Origin: an uncultured delta proteobacterium | GTDB taxonomy: Bacteria; Desulfobacterota; Desulfobacteria; Desulfobacterales; JAFDCJ01 | Reading direction: 5' to 3' | DNA: 64,000 bases | NCBI GenBank assembly: GCA_963769935.1 | Contig: CAVYNY010000001.1 | Coordinates: 64,001-128,000 of the forward strand | Shown here: positions 49,949 to 61,568 of the stretch, one piece after another | How the letters are laid out: each line of letters begins with the position of its first letter | Numbering within the stretch: position 1 is the first letter of the stretch | Position numbers and translations under genes: made by a program | The notes under the pieces: generated by a model | The model's input: the letters and a program-made list of their open reading frames with translations, nothing else | Told to the model about the DNA's origin: nothing | Database searches by the model: none

Positions 49949-50143
49949 TGCTCTGAAGCTCCCTGAATAAGATTTATTTTTAATATGGATTAATATTTTA
50001 TCCCATTAATTTTTACAAGAGAAATATTCAGTTTCTGATTTAAACTATAATGGCATCGAAGTTTTGTACCGGAACGGTAGAGTTTGAGGGAGCAGGATGC
50101 ACGGTTGGGGGAACATGGATCAGTATTCCGGGCGGGCGCTGAT

Positions 50144-50527
50144 CAAAATCACAAATTCCAAATAACAAATCCCCGGCCCAGACCGATTTAATGTCTTAGG
50201 TAATTTAGACATCCATGCCCAAGCCAGATCAAGATAAAAGTATAAACTCAGCAAGTCGCGCCAGGGCGGGCTCAAACAAATTGCAATGACCAAAATACAA
50301 AATTCCAAACGGGGACTTCATTTGTTTGGGATATCGCTTCAGATAATATGAATCTGGAAGATAAGACATTATTGGAATCTCGTGCAGCTAACAGAAACAA
50401 TTCCTCATAGCGCACTCTCCAAGGCGTAGGCTACGAGCCGAAGGCCAGGGCGGGCTGAAACCTGACACCTGAAACCTCTAATCTTCCCACTGTCATCTGT
50501 CCTCTGACCTCCGTCATCCGTCCTCTG
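50144..50527. repeat. Cluster of short-unit intergenic repeats
   Basis: CAAAT/CCAAA units at 50144-50310; GCCAGGGCGGGCT twice (50260, 50444); CTGACACCTGAAACCT; CTGTCCTCTGACCTC. Confidence 0.6.
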
Positions 50528-50531
50528 GATG

Positions 50532-52526
50532 CTACCCGATGGCAACCTGCAGTAAATCCTTTCTGGCACTCACATGCTGAATGGTTACCTGAATGAGGTC
50601 CTCGGGTTTAAGCTCAAGACCGCTGGACAGGGGCAAGTCGCATTCAATCATGAACTCGGTGAGCAGAATCTGGTAGTTGTATCTGCGTTTATTCAGGACA
50701 ATGGCCTCCTCTTTGCGGCCGATATTCTGCTCAAGGTATTTCAGGAGCCAGTAGCGGTGCCGGCTAAATTGAATCTTGGCGACATTGCCCATCGGCACTT
50801 GCAGCATCTGGATCAGTTGGTCAATTTCTTCCGCCGTGTAAGGCTGCTCTAAATCGAGCAGCGCCCTTAGCTGTCGCTGGGTAATCAGATCAAAATATTT
50901 CCGGATGGGAGAAGTTGCCGTCACGTAGGCTTCCAGCCCGAGTCCCGAATGCTTGCCCGGCCGGTGGTCCAGGACAAAACGATTTAAGTGTCTGCGCTGC
51001 ATCCAATTCTGATACAGGGTTCCATCATCACCCTTGTAAAGACGCTCGCGGGGGTCCGGCTGCGATCGGAAAATTGCCGGCATACCGCTTTCAGCGAGAT
51101 ATTTTGCCATCAGCCAGTTGGCCAGAATCATGAGTTCTGCAACCAGCATTCGACCGGGGCTCTCCCGGTTGATTCTATTCACGGTGATGGATCGATCTTC
51201 TGCCAGCCAGACATTGATTTCAGGTACCGTAATTTGGACGGCACCGGATTCCAATCGCTGACGACGGAATTTTTCCGCAATTTCGCGCAGAATGAGTACG
51301 TCATGGTTTTGATCAGCTGTCAGATTGACGTCATAATAGGTGAGCTGGTTTTTGACGCTGATCATACTGGGCAGGATCTCATAATCAATTATCCCCATTG
51401 AAGGGCTCAGGTTTACCATTGTACTGATGGCCGGACGCAGCTCACCGGCCTTCAGGCTGCACAATCCCTCGGCCAGGAGGGCCGGCAGCATGGATATTTT
51501 TTGGTCCGGCATATAGATGGAACTGCCGCGGGAGAGTGCTTCCCGGTCGATGCAGTCCCCTTTGTGAACAAAACGACCGACATCAATGATGTGAATGCCG
51601 AGTCGATATTGCTCGCCCACCTTCTCGATGCTGAGGGCATCATCGAAATCCAGCGTAGATTGCCCGTCGATCGTCATCAGAGACAGTGAAGTCAGATCAT
51701 GGCGCACCGCATCCCTATCGCAGGCGGAATGGGAAGCGGCAGTTTTTTGCACGCTGTTCTGGATCTCATCCGGAAAGTCGGTTGAAATCTCCAGTCGCAG
51801 CAGATCCAGATTCTCGTTGTCGTCAAAAACATTCAGTTTGACCAGCAGCGGAAACAGCCCGGTTGCCCGCTCTAATCCTGCCTTGCTGATCATCGCCTTG
51901 GCCAAGGCTTCGTGCGGGCTCTCATTTTCAAACAGATAAAAGGATCTGAGAGCCTCAACAAATATTTGAATGTCTTGCTCGTTCACATCGGCCGGCGGGG
52001 CGGCCTCGGTGAGCAGACATTTCATCCATTCCGCTCCGCGTTCGATAATCTGGCTGCGGCGCGCTTCCTCCTCCCGCTGGGCATGCAGCCGCTCTACCTG
52101 TTGGACTGAATTGGGAAAAAAACGATCCAAGTTGAATTTAAAATACAGCCTGTCATCAAAAAACGCCCGTAAAACCGCCGACTCATGATCTGCGCCGGGA
52201 TTATCGGGAAAACAAAACTCGGTCATGGTCTCCAGATCGATCCACACCTGCTCCGTATTCAAAACTTCCCACAGGTCCTTTATATCGACCTCGTTGAGTA
52301 AAGCTTTGCGTTTGTTGGCAACCTCCTTGAGGGCATCGACAATTTTATCCCGGCCCATGGAGATATTCAGACGTGCATCATCCTTGTGCAGGAGCCGCCC
52401 CGGCGAAAGTTTGACCTCGCGATTATTTTCGGTCAACAATCGCAATCGATGGTTCTTGACTTCCAAAACGACTGCACACAGGATTCTCTGACGATCGATG
52501 TATTCAACTATACTTCCTGATTCCAT
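50532..52526 (-). CDS. RNB-domain exoribonuclease (RNase II/R family)
   Basis: TIDGQSTLDFDDALS, RGSSIY, VAELMILAN, IFRSQ, HSGLGLEAY..TSPIRKYFDL. Confidence 0.9.
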   Translation of the reverse strand: MESGSIVEYIDRQRILCAVVLEVKNHRLRLLTENNREVKLSPGRLLHKDDARLNISMGRDKIVDALKEVANKRKALLNEVDIKDLWEVLNTEQVWIDLETMTEFCFPDNPGADHESAVLRAFFDDRLYFKFNLDRFFPNSVQQVERLHAQREEEARRSQIIERGAEWMKCLLTEAAPPADVNEQDIQIFVEALRSFYLFENESPHEALAKAMISKAGLERATGLFPLLVKLNVFDDNENLDLLRLEISTDFPDEIQNSVQKTAASHSACDRDAVRHDLTSLSLMTIDGQSTLDFDDALSIEKVGEQYRLGIHIIDVGRFVHKGDCIDREALSRGSSIYMPDQKISMLPALLAEGLCSLKAGELRPAISTMVNLSPSMGIIDYEILPSMISVKNQLTYYDVNLTADQNHDVLILREIAEKFRRQRLESGAVQITVPEINVWLAEDRSITVNRINRESPGRMLVAELMILANWLMAKYLAESGMPAIFRSQPDPRERLYKGDDGTLYQNWMQRRHLNRFVLDHRPGKHSGLGLEAYVTATSPIRKYFDLITQRQLRALLDLEQPYTAEEIDQLIQMLQVPMGNVAKIQFSRHRYWLLKYLEQNIGRKEEAIVLNKRRYNYQILLTEFMIECDLPLSSGLELKPEDLIQVTIQHVSARKDLLQVAIG

Positions 52527-52595
52527 ATGGATTACAATAACAACCGGCCCGGATAAAGTCAATGATTCCAAATCGGTTGCCGGAATCCAGTTTTT

Positions 52596-52697
52596 GGATG
52601 CTGGATACTGGATGCTCGATGCTGGGCTGGGTAGTTGAAGAAGAAATACTCAAGGCGCAGCGCGTTCGATTTGCCCCCTGCCCTTTGCCCTCTGCCT
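52596..52697. repeat. GGATGCT and TGCCC(C/T) heptamer tandem repeats
   Basis: GGATGCTGGATACTGGATGCTCGATGCTGG; TGCCCCCTGCCCTTTGCCCTCTGCC. Confidence 0.55.
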
Positions 52698-52712
52698 TGT
52701 CCCCAAAATAGC

Positions 52713-52741
52713 TTGCAGATATATTTTACTGCGCTTATATT
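52713..52741 (+). promoter_or_regulatory. Possible sigma70 promoter very close to the ABC start codon
   Basis: TTGCAG, 17 bp, TATATT, ending 8 bp before ATG 52750; no evident RBS. Confidence 0.4.
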
Positions 52742-52749
52742 AAATAATT

Positions 52750-54523
52750 ATGCCCGAATACCAGCAATCAGCAGTATCCCTCATAAAACCTTATTTTGTT
52801 GAAAACCGTTTGAAGATTCTCACCGGACTGCTCAGCCTGATCATCGTTGATGTGCTCCAGCTCATTATTCCCCGCATTATAAAATGGGCGGTCGACGATC
52901 TGACGGGCTTCAGGATCGATGTCTGGCGTCTGCTGTCTTATGCCCTTTACATGGTAGGGCTCGCCCTTTTTATCGGTGCCTTCCGCTATGTCTGGCGGCG
53001 CTGTCTCCTGGGAACTTCAAGAAGAATCGAAGAGGGGTTGCGCAACGCGCTTTTCGCCCATCTGCAGAACTTGCCGGCATGCTATTTCGATGGCGTCCGA
53101 ACCGGTGACCTGATGGCCCACGCCACCAATGATATCCAACAGATCCGGATGGCGGCCGGCATGGGAATGGTGGCTTTAAACGACGCCATCGTTCTGGGAA
53201 CGGCTGCCATCGGCTTCATGGCTTATATCAATATCAAACTGACAGCCTTTGTCCTGATCCCCATGCCGCTGATCGTCGTCAGTACCCGTTTTTTCAGCAA
53301 AAAAATGCACCGCCGGTATCAGGCGGTTCAAGCCGCTTTTTCCGAACTCACCGAAGTAATCCGGGAGCGCTTTGCCGGTATCCGCATCATCAAAGCCCAT
53401 CACCGTAAAAAAGAAGAAGCGATCCGGGTGGAATCCGTCTCCAAAGATTACATTAACGAAAATATCCGCCTGGTGAAAATTACCGGTATTTTTTTCCCGT
53501 TGACGGTGCTGTTTTCAAATTTAAGCCTGGCCATTGTGCTTTACCTCGGCGGCCGCCAAACCATTATGCAGATCATTACGCCGGGGGATTTTGTCGCGTT
53601 TATCAGCTATCTGGGGTTGCTGACCTGGCCCATGATGGCGCTGGGGTGGGTGACGAACCTCATTCAGCGGGGACGGGCGTCTTTGGACCGTATCGACAAA
53701 ATTCTGCAAACTGTGCCCGCCGTCAGGGACCGCCAAGACGCCCTAGGCCTCGACCGCACGGACGGCCATATCATTTTTGAAAATGTTTTCTTTAACTACG
53801 ATACCGCACAGAATTCCGCCATGCCGCCGACCCTCAGGGCAATTGATTTGTCCATCGAACCGGGTAAGGTGCTGGGTATCGTCGGTCCACCCGGCAGCGG
53901 CAAATCGACGCTCATCAGCCTCATTCCGAGACTCTATGACGTCCAACGGGGCAGGATCCTGCTCGACGGAAATGATATTCGGGACCTGAAAATAAAGGAT
54001 TTAAGATCGCAAATTGCCTATATTCCCCAGGAACCGTTTCTGTTTGCCGGAACCATCCGGGAGAACATTGCCTTCACCAACGGGCAGCCGGCCGATGAGC
54101 GGCTTGAACAGGTCTGTCCGCGCTGCGGCCCTGTATGATACAATCAATCAGTTCCCGGCCGGTTTTGATACCGTCGTCGGAGAAAGAGGGATTGTTCTCT
54201 CCGGCGGCCAAAAACAGCGCATCGCCCTGGCGCGTTGTCTGCTGAAAGATGCCGGCATCCTGATACTGGATGATCCCATCAGCCAGGTTGATCTGGAAAC
54301 CGGAACCGCCATCATCCGGAACATCCGAAAAATGGCGGGACAAAAAACCATTATCATTGTCTCCCACCGGCTTTCCGCCGTCAGTTATGCCGACCGCATC
54401 ATCTCTCTCGATCTGGGCCGCATCGTGGAATCAGGCACCCACCGGCAGTTAATGGCAGCGAACAATTATTATGCCAAAACGTTCGACCTGCAGGAAATAG
54501 AAGAGGAATGGGATGCAGCCTGA
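52750..54523 (+). CDS. ABC exporter TMD-NBD subunit 1 (MdlA-like); one frameshift near 54113
   Basis: RTGDLMAHATND, GPPGSGKST, PQEPFLF. A second frame gives GERGIVLSGGQKQRIALAR, ILDD, SHRLS. Confidence 0.85.
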
Positions 54524-56537
54524 CTACGGATACTTTGAGGAAACCAAGCTGGGGAAAACCTACGATCTAGGGCTGCTGAAACGGCTGCATCCCTTTATCC
54601 GGCCTTACCGGCTGCTGCTGACGGCCTCCATCGGTTTGGTGCTGATGATTACCTTCCTGGATCTCGCCCTGCCCTACGTCACCAAGATAGCCATTGACCG
54701 TTACATCATACCGCTGACGGCCTCGGCGACGAACAATAAAAAATCCGGCCGGGAATTGGCGAACAGGATGTTCCGGGTGGATTTAGCCGATCCGCAGCAG
54801 CAGGCACTGGTGGACAAGTACCGGAGCCTGTTCAAAATAGAAGGCCGGACGGCAACGATCGCTTACACCGCACTCTCCCGGATGCAAAAATCGGATCTGG
54901 CTTTGCTGCGCCGCCATGATTTAACCGGGCTCGGTATTCTTGCGACGGCTTTTTTGGCTCTGGTAGTCATAAATTTCATTTTGAATTTCGTCCAGAGCAT
55001 GATCATGGAATATACGGGCCATATGATCATGCATGATCTGCGCATGCGGCTGTATACCCATATTCAGGATCTGGCCACCTCTTTTTTCACCCGCAACCCG
55101 GTGGGCCGGCTGGTCACCCGGATGACCAATGACGTCCAGAATATGCACGAGCTTTTTACTTCGGTGCTTTCCATGATCTTCAAAGATCTTTTTTTGCTTG
55201 GCGGCATCGCCGTCGTCTTGCTGGTTTTAAACTGGAACCTGGCGCTGGTATCCTTTACTGTTCTGCCGCTGGTTTTGTATGCCGCGTTGAATTTTTCCAG
55301 GCGTGCCCGAGATATTTTCCGTGATCTGCGCATCCAGGTGGCCGAAATCAACACCCGGTTTGCGGAAACCATCGGCGGCATCCGGGTGATCCAATTATTT
55401 CTCCAGGAAATCGACAATTACCGCAAATTTGAAAATCTGAACCACACCAACTACCTGACCGGTATGAGGCAAATTCACGTGCTGGCTGTATTTATGCCGC
55501 TGATTGAGGTGCTGGCGGTGGTGGCGGTGGCTCTGGTAATATTTTACGGCGGCGGACGGGTAATCAGCGGCACGCTGAGCCTGGGAGGCCTCGTGGCGTT
55601 TTTATCCTATATCAGAATGTTTTTCAGACCCATCCGGGATATGGCGGAGAAGTACAACATTCTGCAAAATGCCATGGCATCGGCGGAACGAATTTTTTTA
55701 ATACTGGACAGCCGGGAGCGCCTTCCCCGCCCCTCTGGCCGCAAAGCTGAAGACTCCGCCAACCTGCCGCAAATTAAAGAAATACGCTTTGAAAATGTGT
55801 CCTTCAGCTACACCGGCGGAGAAAGAGTCCTGCGCGACATAACATTCAGTATCCGGGCCGGTGAAACCGTCGCCGTGGTTGGACCCACCGGCGGCGGTAA
55901 AACAACACTGATCAATCTGCTGCCCCGCTTTTATGATCCCACATCCGGCCGGGTGCTGATCAACAATCGGGATATCGGCAGCTTCGATCCTGCCGTTTTT
56001 CGATCTAAAATGGCGCTGGTCATGCAGGATCCTTTTTTATTTTCCGGTACCATTCGGGAGAACATATTTCAGGGCAACCATGCCCGCAGCCCGGAACAGG
56101 AGGAATCCGTCATTGAAGCCGCCAACTGCAAACCCCTGATAGACCGCTTACCGCAGGGCCTGGATACGGTTCTGACGGAAGGCGGTGCCTCCCTGTCAAG
56201 CGGTGAGCGTCAGCTCGTCTCCATTGCCAGAGCCTTTGCCAGAAATCCGCAGCTCATCCTTTTTGATGAGGCCACGTCTTATATCGATTCCCCGACCGAA
56301 CTGCGCATCCAGCTGGCGTTGGAAAAACTGATGAAACACAGGACCTCTCTGGTAATTGCCCACCGCTTGTCGACCATACGCCATGCGGATCGCATTCTTG
56401 TGTTGAACCGCGGCCGGATCATCGAAACCGGCACCCATGAAGAGCTGATGAATCAAAAGGGTTTCTATTTCAAATTGTATCAACTGCAAAATGGAATTTG
56501 CTTGCCAAAAGCGGATCTAAATGATAGGAGCCTATAA
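54513..56537 (+). CDS. ABC exporter TMD-NBD subunit 2 (MdlB-like)
   Basis: PVGRLVTRMTND, GPTGGGKTT, LSSGERQL, FDEATS, AHRLSTI. Confidence 0.92.
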   Translation: MQPDYGYFEETKLGKTYDLGLLKRLHPFIRPYRLLLTASIGLVLMITFLDLALPYVTKIAIDRYIIPLTASATNNKKSGRELANRMFRVDLADPQQQALVDKYRSLFKIEGRTATIAYTALSRMQKSDLALLRRHDLTGLGILATAFLALVVINFILNFVQSMIMEYTGHMIMHDLRMRLYTHIQDLATSFFTRNPVGRLVTRMTNDVQNMHELFTSVLSMIFKDLFLLGGIAVVLLVLNWNLALVSFTVLPLVLYAALNFSRRARDIFRDLRIQVAEINTRFAETIGGIRVIQLFLQEIDNYRKFENLNHTNYLTGMRQIHVLAVFMPLIEVLAVVAVALVIFYGGGRVISGTLSLGGLVAFLSYIRMFFRPIRDMAEKYNILQNAMASAERIFLILDSRERLPRPSGRKAEDSANLPQIKEIRFENVSFSYTGGERVLRDITFSIRAGETVAVVGPTGGGKTTLINLLPRFYDPTSGRVLINNRDIGSFDPAVFRSKMALVMQDPFLFSGTIRENIFQGNHARSPEQEESVIEAANCKPLIDRLPQGLDTVLTEGGASLSSGERQLVSIARAFARNPQLILFDEATSYIDSPTELRIQLALEKLMKHRTSLVIAHRLSTIRHADRILVLNRGRIIETGTHEELMNQKGFYFKLYQLQNGICLPKADLNDRSL

Positions 56538-56667
56538 CTTGACATCCTGTCAGGCATTGATTTCACCGATTTGGCCGGTCAGAATCACGTGGGCTCAACC
56601 AGCATTGGCTAACAGAACAACGCAATAATCTGACATTCACTAATCAATTTAAAAGGAGGATTCGACT

Positions 56668-58431
56668 ATGCCTTATGATGCAGTAAAGATGGCGGACTGG
56701 CAAATTTCCGAAGCCGCTGAGAAGAACATGCCGGCTCCCGACGAATGGCGCGATAAACTGGGATTGGAAAAAGATGAAATACTTCCCATGGGTCGTCTGG
56801 CCAAATTGGATTTCCTGAAGATCATCAACCGCCTGCAGGACAAACCCGACGGAAAATACATCGAGGTAACCGCAATCACCCCGACCCCGCTGGGAGAAGG
56901 CAAAAGCACAACCTCCTGCGGATTAATGGAAGGTCTCGGCAAACGCGGTGTGAAAGTCGGCGGTGCCCTCCGGCAGCCGTCCGGCGGCCCTACGATGAAT
57001 GTGAAGGGAACGGCGGCCGGCGGCGGCAATTCACTGCTGATTCCCATGACCGAATTCTCGCTGGGCTTAACCGGCGATATAAATGATATCATGAACGCCC
57101 ACAACCTGGCGATGGTGGCGTTGACCGCACGTATGCAGCACGAGCGCAACTACACCGATGAACAGCTGCAGCGGCTGACCGGCATGCGGCGCCTCGATAT
57201 CGATCCGACCCGCGTTGAGCTGGGCTGGATTATGGATTTTTGCGCCCAGGCGCTGAGAAATATTGTCATCGGCCTCGGCGGCCGTATGGACGGGTATACC
57301 ATGCAATCCAGGTTCGGTATTGCCGTGGGATCCGAATGTATGGCGATTCTGGCGGTTATCCGGGACCTGGCTGATCTCAAAGAGCGGCTCAACAACATCA
57401 CCGTGGCTTTCGACAAAAGCGGCAAACCCGTCACCACGGGCGATCTGGAAGTCGGCAACGCCATGACCGCCTTTATGCGCAATACCATCAACCCCACCAT
57501 GATGTGTACGGCGGAATACAACCCCTGCATGGTGCACGCCGGTCCGTTTGCCAACATCGCCGTGGGGCAGTCTTCCATCATCGCCGACCGCGTCGGCCTG
57601 AAGCTGTTCGACTACCATGTCACCGAATCCGGTTTTGCCGCCGACATCGGTTTTGAAAAATTCTGGAATGTCAAATGCCGTTTCAGCGGCCTCAAACCCC
57701 ACGTATCGGTGCTGACCTCTACGGTGCGCGCCCTCAAGATGCATGGCGGCGGTCCCAAAGTCGTGGCCGGCATCGCTCTGCCCGACGCCTACACCAAGGA
57801 AAACCTGAAACTGGTGGAAAAGGGCTGCGAAAACATGGTTCACATGATCGGCGTGATCCGCAAGGCGGGCATTAACCCGGTGGTTTGCATCAACCGCTTC
57901 TATACCGATACGGATGCCGAAGTGGCGCTCGTGAAGAAAGCGGCTGAAGCGGCCGGCGCCCGCTGTGCCGAGTCCAACCACTGGCTCAAGGGCGGTGATG
58001 GGGCTCTGGAATTTGCCGATGCCGTCATTGATGCCTGCAACGAGAAAAACGACTTCAAATTCCTCTACCCCTTGGAAATGAAGCTGCGCGACCGCGTGGC
58101 CCTGATCGCCAGGGAAGTCTACGGCGCCGACGGCGTGTCCTGGACTCCCGAGGCGGAAGCCAAGGCCAAAATGCTTGAGAGCGATCCCAAGTATGCCGAC
58201 TTTGCCACCATGATGGTTAAAACGCATCTGAGTCTGACCCATGATCCGACCCTCAAGGGTGTGCCCAAGGACTGGACCCTGCCGATTCGCGACGTGCTGA
58301 TTTACTCCGGCGCCAAGTTCCTGTGCCCCTGCGCCGGTGCCATCAGCCTGATGCCCGGCACCGGATCCAACCCGGCCTTCAGGCGGGTGGATGTGGATGT
58401 GGAAACCGGGAAAGTTTCCGGGTTATTTTAA
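56668..58431 (+). CDS. fhs: Formate--tetrahydrofolate ligase
   Basis: [66 protein letters not shown]. Confidence 0.95.
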   Translation: MPYDAVKMADWQISEAAEKNMPAPDEWRDKLGLEKDEILPMGRLAKLDFLKIINRLQDKPDGKYIEVTAITPTPLGEGKSTTSCGLMEGLGKRGVKVGGALRQPSGGPTMNVKGTAAGGGNSLLIPMTEFSLGLTGDINDIMNAHNLAMVALTARMQHERNYTDEQLQRLTGMRRLDIDPTRVELGWIMDFCAQALRNIVIGLGGRMDGYTMQSRFGIAVGSECMAILAVIRDLADLKERLNNITVAFDKSGKPVTTGDLEVGNAMTAFMRNTINPTMMCTAEYNPCMVHAGPFANIAVGQSSIIADRVGLKLFDYHVTESGFAADIGFEKFWNVKCRFSGLKPHVSVLTSTVRALKMHGGGPKVVAGIALPDAYTKENLKLVEKGCENMVHMIGVIRKAGINPVVCINRFYTDTDAEVALVKKAAEAAGARCAESNHWLKGGDGALEFADAVIDACNEKNDFKFLYPLEMKLRDRVALIAREVYGADGVSWTPEAEAKAKMLESDPKYADFATMMVKTHLSLTHDPTLKGVPKDWTLPIRDVLIYSGAKFLCPCAGAISLMPGTGSNPAFRRVDVDVETGKVSGLF

Positions 58432-58446
58432 TAATTACAGGCGTTA

Positions 58447-58488
58447 AAAAAGAAGGGGGCCGGATGATTTGACCGGTCCCCATTTTTA
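58447..58488 (+). terminator. Terminator after fhs
   Basis: GGGGCCGG-loop-CCGGTCCCC followed by ATTTTTATT. Confidence 0.65.
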
Positions 58489-58497
58489 TTATTAATT

Positions 58498-58713
58498 CAC
58501 AAATTCCAAGCACCAAATTACAAATAAATTCCAAATTCAAATAAACAATGACCAAAACAGCTCCGGTTTTTTAGTAGAATGTAGTTCATGCAAGAAGGCT
58601 CAGCGATTAATCTAAATTGGAGAACGCTTATTTTAAGATTTTAGGCCTGTTTGGAATTTTGAATTTCGGTCATTGGATTTTATTTGTGATTTGGTGCTTG
58701 TGATTTGGAATTT
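58498..58713. repeat. Long imperfect inverted-repeat element (CAAAT units)
   Basis: CAAGCACCAAATTACAAATAAA ... TTTATTTGTGATTTGGTGCTTG; CAATGACC / GGTCATTG. Confidence 0.75.
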
Positions 58714-58748
58714 GAAGCTCTGTGGTTCGGTGTAAATTATACGATATT

Positions 58749-60338
58749 ATGCGTGTTCTCCTGATAAATCCCTTCTATCCCATTTCCGAAACCCCTTCCC
58801 CTCCCCTGGGCCTGGCCTATCTGGCGGCGGCGTTGTCTGAAGCGGGCATTGAGGTTAAGGTTCTGGACCTGGTTGTATTTCCATACAGCCAATCCCTGCT
58901 GCAAAATGTGTTGGAGCAATTCCAACCCCGGATTGCCGGTCTGACCGCGGTCAGTATGACCTTTAATTTTGCCATTGACGTCATCAGGGACATCAAACAT
59001 CTTTGTCCGGATATTCTAACGGTTATGGGTGGGCCGCATGTATCATTTTGCGCGCAGGAAACCATGCTGCAATTTCCCGATCTGGATTTTGTTGTGCTGG
59101 GCGAAGGGGAGCAAACCGTAGTCGAATTGGCCCGGGCCATCGACAACGGCCGCCGCTGGGAAGGGGTAAAGGGAATTGCCTATCGAAGCGGCGCTGACAT
59201 TCACTGCACCCCCGCGCGCGAGCTGATTGCCGATCTGGACACGCTGCCGGTCCCGGCTCGTAATCTGCTGCCGCTGGGACGTTATCGAGCGCTTGGAATG
59301 CCCGTCAGCCTGACCACCAGCCGCGGCTGCCCGTTTAAATGCATATTTTGCATCGGACGCAAAATGGTGGGCTCCCGGGTTCGCTACCGCAGCCCCGGCA
59401 AGGTCGTTGATGAAATGGAATATCTGAGCGGACTGCATTTCCATCAGATCAATATCGCCGACGATCTGTTTACCGCCAATAAAAGCCACTGTCTGGGTGT
59501 GTGCGATGAAATTATCAAACGGCGCCTGAAGCTCACCTGGACATCTTTTGCGCGGGTCGATACCGTATCGGAAGAAATTTTGACGCGCATGCAAGCGGCC
59601 GGGTGCAGCGCGGTCAGCTTCGGGGTCGAGTCGGGCAATCCGCAAATTCTTAAAACCATAAAAAAAGGCATTACGCGCGAGCAGGTTGTGGCTGCGGTAA
59701 ACATGTGCCGCCGCGCCGGCATTACACCGTTTGCTTCCTTTATCCTTGGCCTGCCGGGTGAAACGCCCCAAACCATTCAAGAAACCCTGGACTTCGGCGA
59801 ACAGCTGAAAAATCTGGGGTTGTCATTCGGGTTTCACCTGCTGGCCCCCTTCCCCGGGACGGAGATTCGTACCGACCGCCATCGATATGGTATTAAAATC
59901 CTAACCGATGACTGGTCGCAATACCACGCCAACCGGGCCATTGTAGAAACAGCGTCGGTCGATCGCCAAATGCTGGATCAAATTGTGATCACCTGGGAAA
60001 ATGAATTCAATCAACTGCTGGCGGATATCAAGCAGCGCATGCAAAAAGCCGAAGCCTCGGCCGAGGAAGCACATCAGTTGATCAATCTGGAGCGCATCGT
60101 CCTGGTCTACGACCTGATGATGAAAAACGCTATTGAACAAAAAGGCGATTGGCCCAATGACGGCCGTCCGATGAAACCCGAAGACAACCTCAGAACTCTC
60201 TGTGACAGAATCGGCTCCATGGTCCCTGCGGACCCGCAATCGCTGCAGGACACCCTGGAGCATGCCCTGCAGAAAGGCAATTTAAAATGTTCCGAGGTAA
60301 ATGGAAAGATTCGGTGGCAGTGGGTGGACTATATTTGA
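58749..60338 (+). CDS. Cobalamin-dependent (class B) radical SAM protein
   Basis: PPLGLAYLAA, MGGPHVS, GEGE, TSRGCPFKCIFC, DDLF, GVESG, ILGLPGET, PFPGT. Confidence 0.9.
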   Translation: MRVLLINPFYPISETPSPPLGLAYLAAALSEAGIEVKVLDLVVFPYSQSLLQNVLEQFQPRIAGLTAVSMTFNFAIDVIRDIKHLCPDILTVMGGPHVSFCAQETMLQFPDLDFVVLGEGEQTVVELARAIDNGRRWEGVKGIAYRSGADIHCTPARELIADLDTLPVPARNLLPLGRYRALGMPVSLTTSRGCPFKCIFCIGRKMVGSRVRYRSPGKVVDEMEYLSGLHFHQINIADDLFTANKSHCLGVCDEIIKRRLKLTWTSFARVDTVSEEILTRMQAAGCSAVSFGVESGNPQILKTIKKGITREQVVAAVNMCRRAGITPFASFILGLPGETPQTIQETLDFGEQLKNLGLSFGFHLLAPFPGTEIRTDRHRYGIKILTDDWSQYHANRAIVETASVDRQMLDQIVITWENEFNQLLADIKQRMQKAEASAEEAHQLINLERIVLVYDLMMKNAIEQKGDWPNDGRPMKPEDNLRTLCDRIGSMVPADPQSLQDTLEHALQKGNLKCSEVNGKIRWQWVDYI

Positions 60339-60340
60339 AT

Positions 60341-60503
60341 GAATATTGAAGATTGAAAATTGAATAATTAAGCCGCTGATATTCTTATTTTGCAAGGTGG
60401 AGTAGCTGAGGAATTCTGTCTTTTATAGTTTTGTATTTACCTTTTCCCATTTAGGTGGAAAATATAAAACAGATAGGATGCCACAAATATTCAAGCTTCA
60501 ATT
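60341..60503. repeat. TTGAA-unit inverted-repeat element
   Basis: GAATATTGAAGATTGAAAATTGAAT ... AATATTCAAGCTTCAATTCAA. Confidence 0.5.
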
Positions 60504-61343
60504 CAAAGTGTCGACCAGTTTGGTGACGCCCAGCTGAGTCTCTTCCGCCAGAATTTCAAGATCAGAAGGGTTGAATCCTAAACGTTCGGCTACCGGATTC
60601 GAGACGATTTCGCCAGTGCCGTTGTGGTCATTGCCGTAACCGGACATCAGGCCCAGAATATTGGCGACATGCACGATATCGCTGAAAGTGCAGTGATTTT
60701 CGCATTTTTCCGGGTCATGATGCCAGCTGACCGCATTGACAAGATCCGAGGGAAAGGACCATTGTTCCAGAATATGGGCGCCTATTTGGGCATGGTCGAT
60801 CCCAAGAACAATAAATTCGGCCACCTCAAAGGCGATGCCTTTAGCGACCATTTCCTCGATTTGGCGCAAATCCTCCTGCACAAAGCCGCCCAGAATCAGT
60901 TTGCCGATATCATGCAAAAGGGCCGCGGTGAACACTTCATCTGCGCCGGGTATTTTCAAAGCATTCACCACCAGCTCGGCGGCTACGGATACCGCCACCG
61001 AGTGCCGCCAGAGCTCTCCGTGCGGTAAATCATAACCGGGCAAGGGCTTTTTCATGACGGTACTCATACACATGGTCATCACCAGCTGAAGCAGGCGTTT
61101 CCACCCCAGCAGGATGAGGGCCTGCTTTACCGAGCTCACCTTGGAAGGGATTCCGAAATAAGCCGAATTCGTCAGTTTGAGTATATTGGCGGTCAGCCCC
61201 GGATCATATTTTAAAATTTCTTCAATTTGAGCGGCTGATGATTCCGAGTTCTTCAGCATTTTGAGCAGTTTTGCCGACGTGGCCGGCATTCCCGGAAATG
61301 CCTTGACCTGAGCCATAATACGCTTAAGTTTTTCCTGTTTCAC
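60498..61343 (-). CDS. HDOD-domain protein
   Basis: FPGMP, DPGLTANILKLTNSAYFG, LWRHS, AALLHDIGK, DHAQIGA..W, HHDP. Confidence 0.9.
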   Translation of the reverse strand: MKQEKLKRIMAQVKAFPGMPATSAKLLKMLKNSESSAAQIEEILKYDPGLTANILKLTNSAYFGIPSKVSSVKQALILLGWKRLLQLVMTMCMSTVMKKPLPGYDLPHGELWRHSVAVSVAAELVVNALKIPGADEVFTAALLHDIGKLILGGFVQEDLRQIEEMVAKGIAFEVAEFIVLGIDHAQIGAHILEQWSFPSDLVNAVSWHHDPEKCENHCTFSDIVHVANILGLMSGYGNDHNGTGEIVSNPVAERLGFNPSDLEILAEETQLGVTKLVDTLN

Positions 61344-61568
61344 GTTTGCCGTTTCTCCTGTTCGGGGCGCACGTTTTCAGTTTCCAAACCGTCGCCTGCT
61401 TAAAGTTTCCAGGGCGGTCAATGATGAGACCGATATTAAACTATATCGGACGGACGGTTTAAAAACTTAAGCGACAATCATCATGGGGCTTTATTGGGAA
61501 AAGCAGAAAAGGCAGAGCACAAACCGGCTCTGCCTTCGGCTGATGACAGGATTTGGTGCCTCAGGATT

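Noticed and set aside
56538..56667. ZTP, THF or glycine riboswitch upstream of fhs (also looked near purH, glyA and ltaE)
   Set aside because: I could not match the consensus elements by eye. An Rfam scan is needed to exclude them.
3821..59780. Long antisense ORFs (e.g. 3821-5095, 35196-36281, 57067-58242, 59043-59780)
   Set aside because: They are shadows of well-supported genes on the opposite strand in GC-rich coding DNA and show no motifs.
28031..60338. RiPP cluster (Cys-rich peptide, SagB-like oxidase, ABC exporter, radical SAM)
   Set aside because: The genes are spread over 32 kb among housekeeping genes, there is no YcaO or peptidase, and the peptide looks like a metal-binding fold. 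Stand-alone SagB-like nitroreductases are common.
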